IMG/VR virus record: IMGVR_UViG_3300047669_002090
Span: 1 to 32,906 of that record
Strand: one strand, 5' to 3'
Source of the DNA: a virus
Lineage: Duplodnaviria; Caudoviricetes
Length of the DNA stretch: 32,906 nt
A model generated the notes under the pieces. That model made no database searches, was not told the DNA's origin, and worked only from the letters and a program-made list of their open reading frames with translations. Position numbers and translations under genes: made by a program. Below are positions 16,761-22,529 of this stretch, one piece after another. Numbering within the stretch: the first letter of the stretch is position 1; each line of letters opens with the position of its first letter.

Positions 16761-16931
16761 ATGACAAAGAAACATTTTGAACTTATCGCTCAAACCCTTA
16801 ACAAGGCGCACCAGCACGACCACAACAAAAACGTGGTTGAAGCTATCGCCTTTGATCTATCAGTAAAATTTCAGGATCTCAATCCAAACTTTGACCAAGC
16901 ACGATTTGTCGAAGCTGTTACAAAAGATTAA
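16761..16931 (+). CDS. conserved phage protein (MTKKHFELIA...NPNFD.ARF.EA type)
   Basis: Motif recalled from phage early proteins, AAAAACC-ATG leader. Confidence 0.75.
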   Translation: MTKKHFELIAQTLNKAHQHDHNKNVVEAIAFDLSVKFQDLNPNFDQARFVEAVTKD

Positions 16932-16953
16932 CTTTGATTACAATGACATGGTA

Positions 16954-16997
16954 GCCCGTCGGGGTTGGTGGTTCTCCTCGGCGGGCAATTCTTTTTT
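16954..16997 (+). terminator. terminator hairpin homologous to 13633
   Basis: GCCCGTCGGGG-ttggtggttct-CCTCGGCGGGC-AATTCTTTTTT. Confidence 0.7.
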
Positions 16998-17028
16998 GGC
17001 ACGGGACGTGCAGGCCGCGCCGTGCCAT
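16996..17028. repeat. 33-bp dyad copy 12
   Basis: TTGGCACGGGACGTGCAGGCCGCGCCGTGCCAT (minus-strand half degenerate). Confidence 0.85.
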
Positions 17029-17147
17029 TTGGCTCTATCACTGGGCTGGCGGCCGATGCCTTTATGCATATAAATGCATACAAGTAGTATTTATTCCGAA
17101 TTAAATTCAATTAAATGATTTCTCGCTGATTTTCCCGCAACTTAAAC

Positions 17148-17272
17148 AGCTTTAAGCGATTTTTTATGAGATTATTTTGCTGTTTGGCTCTATGACTAGC
17201 CTCAGAGCTGAAGATTGTCGTTGTATTTTTCACAAATTCGTTTATAATGGTAACATACAAAATTAAGAAAGA
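17148..17272 (+). repeat. ~125-bp intergenic repeat, copy A
   Basis: AGCTTTAAGCG...TTATTTTGCTGTTTGGCTCTAT...CTCAG.GCTGA...TTTATAATG...AAAATTAAGAAAGA shared with 18300-18425. Confidence 0.8.
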
Positions 17273-17283
17273 TAAAAACCATT

Positions 17284-17466
17284 ATGACAAAACAAGAACT
17301 TATTAACGCAACAAAAACGCAAGAAATTGCTCGCCTTGAAAAGCAGATCCAAGAATGGACTGCCAAGCTTAACCGCTCACGCAAAAACTCATTGATTGCC
17401 ATGCGTGCAATGCATAGGAATATGCTCGTTGCCAAGCTTAACAGGCTACAGCGAGAAAACGCTTGA
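17284..17466 (+). CDS. basic hypothetical protein
   Basis: AAAAACCATT-ATG leader. Confidence 0.65.
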   Translation: MTKQELINATKTQEIARLEKQIQEWTAKLNRSRKNSLIAMRAMHRNMLVAKLNRLQRENA

Positions 17467-17510
17467 CTTTAAACATTATTCTGTCAAACTATATAAAGAA
17501 TCAAAAAACC

Positions 17511-17774
17511 ATGTATCAAGTAACATTAGAAATCATCCAAGCAACACCATCAACCTGGCTGGAAGTTGGACACCGCAAGTCAATCAAAACTAAGGAAGCT
17601 TTGAAGGTTGGGGACGAGTGGACAGACTTTGGTCACATTGCCAAAGTTATTGATGTTCAAGAAATCGAGGAAACTCCTTGGACTGATGAACAAGAAAAGG
17701 CTTTACAGAAACACCAGCACGAAGAGATTAACAAATCCTTTGACCGCATCACAAAAAACATATTAAACAATTAA
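17511..17774 (+). CDS. hypothetical protein
   Basis: ATG 17511. The track's TTG at 17463 is the -35 box. Confidence 0.7.
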   Translation: MYQVTLEIIQATPSTWLEVGHRKSIKTKEALKVGDEWTDFGHIAKVIDVQEIEETPWTDEQEKALQKHQHEEINKSFDRITKNILNN

Positions 17775-17862
17775 GAAAGAAAATGATTACAATCGGAGAA
17801 AAGTACCAAGTTATTAAAGACAAGAAAAACAACAATTACGTTTTAGTATTCAAAAAAGTAAA

Positions 17863-18075
17863 ATGAAAGATTTGACAGAAGCCCCTTTTGTTCTCACCTC
17901 ATTAAACCAGCACAACATTATTTTACGCAAGGATAATCCATTTTATAAAGATACTGGTCGAGATTTACCAATGAGCATTGACTGCGTTCTGGCCAATCAA
18001 GACAGGCTTGAAGAAGTCACCGACCAGTTAGAGTTGCCAAGCGACCAAGCGGTTTGGGTATTGCATGACGAATAA
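17863..18075 (+). CDS. hypothetical protein
   Basis: ORF track, consistent strand. Confidence 0.6.
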   Translation: MKDLTEAPFVLTSLNQHNIILRKDNPFYKDTGRDLPMSIDCVLANQDRLEEVTDQLELPSDQAVWVLHDE

Positions 18076-18087
18076 TTTATATTAAAA

Positions 18088-18171
18088 ATGATTACAATTA
18101 TTATATGTGCAGGGTTTGCGATTGGGTCGGTTGGTCTTTGCTTCTTGTGCCTGTCGGCCGTCGAGCGCTAG
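18088..18171 (+). CDS. micro membrane peptide (27 aa)
   Basis: MITIIICAGFAIGSVGLCFLCLSAVER. Leader TTATATTAAAAATGATTA is shared with 18714. Confidence 0.5.
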   Translation: MITIIICAGFAIGSVGLCFLCLSAVER

Positions 18172-18204
18172 CCCGCTCTATGACTGGGCTGGGAGCCGAT
18201 GGTT

Positions 18205-18237
18205 TTGGCACGCGGCGGGCTGCCTGCGCCGTGCCAG
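18205..18237. repeat. 33-bp dyad copy 13
   Basis: TTGGCACGCGGCGGGCTGCCTGCGCCGTGCCAG. Confidence 0.9.
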
Positions 18238-18299
18238 TTTATTTTTGGGTATTTTATTTTATTTAATTCTTTTTTTTATTTTTCCTGCGAGCATTTGAA

Positions 18300-18425
18300 A
18301 GCTTTAAGCGTTTTTTTGTGCATTTATTTTGCTGTTTGGCTCTATTAGTGGTCTCAGGGCTGATCTTTTCTCTCGTATTTTTCGAGAAATGCTTTATAAT
18401 GTATTACATAGAAAATTAAGAAAGA
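18300..18425 (+). repeat. ~125-bp intergenic repeat, copy B
   Basis: Homologous to 17148-17272. Confidence 0.8.
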
Positions 18426-18455
18426 CCTTTTAAAACCACAAAACAAAAAACCATT

Positions 18456-18692
18456 ATGAAAAGTATATCAAAACTCCCTCTCGCCTTTCAAGCCCTCTTT
18501 GCCGAACTTAAGGCAGAGCAAGATGTCCAAGAAGGCATTGACGGAACACAAGCCAAAGCCTCAAAGGAGGACATTCTTGACGAAGTCGTTTTGCTCAAGA
18601 CCGAGGTTGACGTTGATCCTGTTGACGAAGACGACGAAGAACAGATCGACATGAATGCAGTAAGTCCTGCAATGCTCGCCATGTTCCAGTAA
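18456..18692 (+). CDS. acidic protein, paralog of 11322..11570
   Basis: TEVDVDPVDEDDEEQIDMNAVSPAM. Confidence 0.8.
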   Translation: MKSISKLPLAFQALFAELKAEQDVQEGIDGTQAKASKEDILDEVVLLKTEVDVDPVDEDDEEQIDMNAVSPAMLAMFQ

Positions 18693-18713
18693 ACATATTA
18701 ACTTATATTAAAA

Positions 18714-18806
18714 ATGATTAATTTACTTTTAGTTGTCGCCGTTGGGTTGATTTGGTTTGCGTGGGGCTTGCAGTTGCTCTGCATCCACGCATCCAAAAGA
18801 GATTAA
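18714..18806 (+). CDS. micro membrane peptide (30 aa)
   Basis: MINLLLVVAVGLIWFAWGLQLLCIHASKRD. Confidence 0.5.
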   Translation: MINLLLVVAVGLIWFAWGLQLLCIHASKRD

Positions 18807-18991
18807 GCAGTTCAAGCACTCCCCCCTTTTTTCAAAAGAAAAGGGGCTTCAAAAAAATGTTTTAGCGGGGGGGGTGGTTATTTTCACAATCAAAACTCAT
18901 TTTTAAAAAAAGGGAATTACAAGGCTACCTATAGTGGACGATAGACAGCACTACATAGCACTATTGCTTAAAAAAAAAGAAAAACCCAATT

Positions 18992-19309
18992 TTATTGAGA
19001 GGGCGGCGTGGGAACCTGCGGAACTTGAGCTGCGCCTTGTTGAACGGCGGCCCCACCAAGCATCTGGTTTTCGGCGCGAATACGAGTTAAGTCTTCACGA
19101 ATTTTTCCAATAGTTTCTGAATCAGCATCTTCGACAACTTGCTGCGCTTGTCCGCGACATTGATTTTCAATCGTCAACAATACTTGATTAAATTGCAAAT
19201 TCGAAAACATCTGCGAAGCAACAAACTCGGTGAGTTCGGCTTTTTCCTGTTCTGAAAGGACCAGCGTCTCAGACGCCGTGTCTACTGTTTCTTCTGCTGT
19301 ATCTGCCAT
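18992..19309 (-). CDS. acidic Q-rich hypothetical protein
   Basis: ORF track, last gene of the minus-strand run. Confidence 0.75.
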   Translation of the reverse strand: MADTAEETVDTASETLVLSEQEKAELTEFVASQMFSNLQFNQVLLTIENQCRGQAQQVVEDADSETIGKIREDLTRIRAENQMLGGAAVQQGAAQVPQVPTPPSQ

Positions 19310-19330
19310 AATACAGTATTATAAGAACAA

Positions 19331-19549
19331 TCAACTATAAATCCATTCAAAAGGATAGGTTTTTTCAAAATTGATAATATAATGAGTTTTTGATTCCCTC
19401 ACACTAGTCTTGGGTCGGTAGTCCATGTCAAAAAGCTCATCTATTAATAAGCCCATAGAATCTCTCTCGATACGAACTACGATATTAGATCTATCGGTAT
19501 TATGAAATACCTCCTTACAGAACTTCTCACAAATATCAACTGCCTCCAT
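19331..19549 (-). CDS. hypothetical protein
   Basis: Overlaps the upstream minus-strand gene. Confidence 0.65.
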   Translation of the reverse strand: MEAVDICEKFCKEVFHNTDRSNIVVRIERDSMGLLIDELFDMDYRPKTSVRESKTHYIINFEKTYPFEWIYS

Positions 19550-19721
19550 CCTTTTTCGTATCCTTCCTCAAGAGAGAATGGACATCCTGTATTTTATTTT
19601 CCCTAATATATTGGGCGGGAGTTTGGTTGTTTAGTTCTGTTCTATTTTTACTAAGCCATTTGGCGGCCCCGTAAAGCGAGAAACTAGAAGTGATTTGTCT
19701 CATGAGATCAATCTTGTCCAT
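19536..19721 (-). CDS. Xre/MbcA/ParS antitoxin C-terminal (DUF2384-like) domain protein
   Basis: F....AAKWL.....L.NQTP...I......V..LL pattern. Confidence 0.6.
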   Translation of the reverse strand: MDKIDLMRQITSSFSLYGAAKWLSKNRTELNNQTPAQYIRENKIQDVHSLLRKDTKKDGGS

Positions 19722-19986
19722 ATACTGCTCGTTTATTTAAACTATCTTTATAGTAAAGTTCTTTTTGGTATTTTTTAATTATAATTTCGTAATCGTAAAT
19801 TATTTGTCGCTGTTGTCGTGAGATATTAATTAATTCCTTAATAGAAGAGTCTCTCTTTTGAAGTGTCTCTTGTTGGTGTTTGATATATATTCTAACCAAG
19901 TCAAGTTCTTTTTGATGTTTATCGGTTAAGATTTTATATTCTAGCGCTCCAAATAATAAAAAAAATATTAAAAATTTAGCCCACAC
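19708..19986 (-). CDS. membrane-anchored coiled-coil protein
   Basis: N-terminal hydrophobic segment plus coiled coil, GTG start. Confidence 0.6.
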   Translation of the reverse strand: MWAKFLIFFLLFGALEYKILTDKHQKELDLVRIYIKHQQETLQKRDSSIKELINISRQQRQIIYDYEIIIKKYQKELYYKDSLNKRAVYGQD

Positions 19987-19995
19987 ATCTTAATA

Positions 19996-20012
19996 TACAC
20001 ACAGGGAGTGTA
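19996..20012. promoter_or_regulatory. divergent pair of GTGTA putative late-promoter motifs
   Basis: TACAC 19996-20000 (minus) and GTGTA 20008-20012 (plus), each 9-10 nt from a start codon. Also at 20754, 27445 and 29483. Confidence 0.55.
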
Positions 20013-20022
20013 TTATATATCA

Positions 20023-20748
20023 ATGGCAAGAAAAAAGGTTTCTCAACTAGATGGAGAAGATTTGAAATTACAGGGCTTTAATGGTCTGACTTCTCATTTT
20101 CATATACAATCCAAAAGGTTAACAGAAAAACAAAAACAGTTTCTGGAGCTCGCTCTAGACGAAAAGACAAATATCATTTACTGCGCAGGCCCAGCTGGGA
20201 CGACCAAAACTTATGTTGCGGTGTACTCGGCCCTTAGGTATTTAAGCGTAAACGTAGATCTTGATTTACTTTACGTTCGAACGGTCGTGGAGAGTGGCGA
20301 GAGGAATCTTGGCTCACTACCTGGAGACATAGATGAAAAATTCAACCCCTACATGGCTCCGCTTGACGATAAATTACGAGAAATGATTAAGCCGTCAATT
20401 ATTCCAGAGCTGATATCTAAATCAAGGATTCAAGCAATGCCTATCAACTACTTAAGGGGGGCAAGCTGGAATAATAAGATTGTTATAGCGGACGAAGCTC
20501 AAAATTTTACCTTTAAAGAATTAACCACTTTAATCACGAGACTGGGTGAGAGCAGCAAGCTTATCGTTTGTGGTGACTTCCTTCAATCAGATATTAATGG
20601 AAAGACAGGATTTAAAACGATGTTTGATCTATTTAATGATGAAGACAGCAGAAGGAAAGGGATTCATACTTTCGAGTTTACGAAAAAAGATATAAAACGA
20701 AATAAAATTTTAAGTTTTATTATTGGCAAACTTGAAAGCGTGCATTAA
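20023..20748 (+). CDS. phoH: PhoH-family ATPase
   Basis: Q motif, GPAGTTKT, LGSLPGD..EK..PY, YLRG, IADEAQN, ITRLG..SK....GD..QSD. Confidence 0.93.
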   Translation: MARKKVSQLDGEDLKLQGFNGLTSHFHIQSKRLTEKQKQFLELALDEKTNIIYCAGPAGTTKTYVAVYSALRYLSVNVDLDLLYVRTVVESGERNLGSLPGDIDEKFNPYMAPLDDKLREMIKPSIIPELISKSRIQAMPINYLRGASWNNKIVIADEAQNFTFKELTTLITRLGESSKLIVCGDFLQSDINGKTGFKTMFDLFNDEDSRRKGIHTFEFTKKDIKRNKILSFIIGKLESVH

Positions 20749-20770
20749 GGTTGGTGTATTACAATATAAC

Positions 20771-21349
20771 ATGGATAGTTATATTATCGCTGCAATTATA
20801 GGCGCTGCCGCAACAATTTGCGGGGTCGTTCTAAAAACATATCTTTCGGGCCATTGGCAAAAAGGAAAACTTAAAGAGCATACCGTTCAAAACGAAAATG
20901 TTTATAGGGCGCTAGAATACGCTAGGGGCAAAATTGATTGTGATAGAGTGGTCGTTTATGAATTTCATAATGGCGATGTTTATTATTCAGGAAGCTCACA
21001 ACAGAAATTCAGCAACACTTATGAGGTCTTATCGGACGGAGTAAGCTCTGAGCTAAAAAACCAACAAAACTTGAGGGTATCTTCTTTTAATAGATTTATA
21101 AAGCCCTTAATTGACGAAGAGGAATATGGGTTCTGGGATATAGATCAAGTAAGTGATATAGTAACTAAAACTTTTTTCGAAGACCAGGGCACAAAGAGTA
21201 CGTATTGTGTACCCATTGAATTATTAACTGGTAAAATCATTGGGATACTAGGCATAGACTATGTTAAAGGGGGGAAGAAGCTTACCCCTTCGCAAAAGAA
21301 TTTTATTAAAAATCAGTCGTGTATTATCGCTGGTTATTTAAAAGCTTAA
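20771..21349 (+). CDS. N-terminal TM + GAF-domain protein (possible T4 T-like holin)
   Basis: TM IIAAIIGAAATICGVVL, DRVVVYEFHNG, S.YCVPI....GKIIGILGIDY GAF-like strands. Confidence 0.65.
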   Translation: MDSYIIAAIIGAAATICGVVLKTYLSGHWQKGKLKEHTVQNENVYRALEYARGKIDCDRVVVYEFHNGDVYYSGSSQQKFSNTYEVLSDGVSSELKNQQNLRVSSFNRFIKPLIDEEEYGFWDIDQVSDIVTKTFFEDQGTKSTYCVPIELLTGKIIGILGIDYVKGGKKLTPSQKNFIKNQSCIIAGYLKA

Positions 21350-21370
21350 AAAAATATTTAATATACTAGT

Positions 21371-21793
21371 ATGAATGCTGAATATTGTCCCCATTGTGGT
21401 TTCAAAAACGTTTATGCGGCAGTTGCTCCTAATTTTTGTGGAGGGTGCGGTTCCCCCCTCAATAAGTCTACCGCTTCGGCCAGAGCAGCTCCTAAAGCCT
21501 CCCCCAGGGCACAGGTAAAACGGTCACCCGTTGCCCCTAGGCCTACGGCTCCTCAGGAGCCAGAAGAGCGTGTGCCATTTATTAGTAAATTAGAATATGA
21601 AATTCAGGGAATAGAACCCAACAAAATGACTGTTGGGCAGCTAATGCAAGAAGAGCCTAGCGATGGCCCTTCTATGCTGCGTCCTCAAGCCAAAGGCAAA
21701 AAAGCCAAGGCCCTTACCTCTAAAGAGATATTGAAGGAAAGTATGGATGTATGCAAAAGCGCTAGAACTAAACCTCCTGAAGAAGTTGAATAA
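21371..21793 (+). CDS. zinc-ribbon protein
   Basis: YCPHCG...PNFCGGCG, then a Pro/Ala-rich linker. Confidence 0.75.
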   Translation: MNAEYCPHCGFKNVYAAVAPNFCGGCGSPLNKSTASARAAPKASPRAQVKRSPVAPRPTAPQEPEERVPFISKLEYEIQGIEPNKMTVGQLMQEEPSDGPSMLRPQAKGKKAKALTSKEILKESMDVCKSARTKPPEEVE

Positions 21794-22529
21794 AAACGAA
21801 AAAAAGCTACCTTTTATTTATGCAGATAAAGCAGGGGTAATAGACAAGGAGCTTAGTAAACGACGCCATAAATGGTTTCTTTATTCTGTAGCCTGGATTG
21901 ACTTCGATGACGTATGCCAAATTATTCGCGCACATATTCATAAAAAATGGCACCAATGGGATCAAGAGCGAGCGCTAGAGCCATGGCTTAATAAAATTAT
22001 ATCCAATCAGCTAAAAAACATTCTTCGAAATAATTACGGGAACTTTGTGCGACCCTGCTTAAATTGCCCTTTTAACCAAAGCGGTCCTCCTGATGGTGAC
22101 AGAGAGGGGCTTTGCGCTTTTACCTCTAGCGGGATGCAATGTAATGAATGTCCTTTATATGCCAAATGGGAGTCTACAAAGAAAGACGCATATAATACTA
22201 AAATGGCGGTTACCATGGAAAATCATTCTCATGAAATGGCCATGATGCCCGAGCAGGCTTTTGATACTTTGGACGAATCTATTGAGCGCGTCCACCTTAA
22301 GATGGAAGAGGTCTTGCCCCCGAAAAAATTTAAAATTTATAAAATGCTATACATAGATTATCTTTCAGAGGCCGACGTGGCAGAAGCGATGGGGTATAAA
22401 ACTTCAGAGACGGGGAGAACTGCGGGCTATAAGCAACTCCGTAATTTAAAAAAGTTTTTTAAACAAACCGTAGAAGACTTAATGGAAAAACACGATATAA
22501 TTATAACAGGTGGATCAATCTCTTACTGA
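21786..22529 (+). CDS. phage sigma70/ECF-like sigma factor with Cys-rich insertion (start uncertain; track 21747)
   Basis: Region-2-like DFDDVCQ..WDQER.LEPWLNKIISNQLKN.LR, region-4 HTH SEADVAEAMGY, CxxC...C...CxxC between. Confidence 0.7.
   Translation: MNKNEKKLPFIYADKAGVIDKELSKRRHKWFLYSVAWIDFDDVCQIIRAHIHKKWHQWDQERALEPWLNKIISNQLKNILRNNYGNFVRPCLNCPFNQSGPPDGDREGLCAFTSSGMQCNECPLYAKWESTKKDAYNTKMAVTMENHSHEMAMMPEQAFDTLDESIERVHLKMEEVLPPKKFKIYKMLYIDYLSEADVAEAMGYKTSETGRTAGYKQLRNLKKFFKQTVEDLMEKHDIIITGGSISY

Larger units (their letters stand above)
72..18400 (+). promoter_or_regulatory. array of ~26 sigma70-type early promoters, consensus TTGACW-N16-(TGT)CATACT/TNTAAT
   Basis: -35 boxes start at 72, 2220, 2974, 4063, 5389, 5524, 6741, 7761, 8385, 9610, 9997, 10685, 11287, 12313, 12859, 13230, 13797, 14262, 14874, 15257, 15475, 16109, 16337, 17221, 17463, 18373. 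By manual count 22 have a 16-bp spacer and 4 a 17-bp spacer. Confidence 0.85.

Noticed and set aside
4000-18237. Dyads as a CRISPR array
   Set aside because: Repeat-like length, but copies are 0.5-1.6 kb apart with genes between, vary internally and in orientation, and no cas genes are present.
4000-18237. Dyads as integron attC sites
   Set aside because: Too short, ends do not fit the RYYYAAC...GTTRRRY order, and no integrase is in the window.
4000-18237. Dyads as ordinary intrinsic terminators or eukaryotic NFI sites (TTGGC-N5-GCCAA)
   Set aside because: No consistent U-tract, and real terminators sit next to some copies. Arm spacing is 23 bp rather than 5 and the context is a bacteriophage.
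167-18682. Minus-strand ORFs in the early region and ORFs spanning dyads (e.g. 5064..5357, 9624..9875, 12072..12269, 13496..13705, 14714..14905, 18107..18298)
   Set aside because: Shadows of plus-strand genes, RNAs or repeats, with no promoter or recognisable motif.
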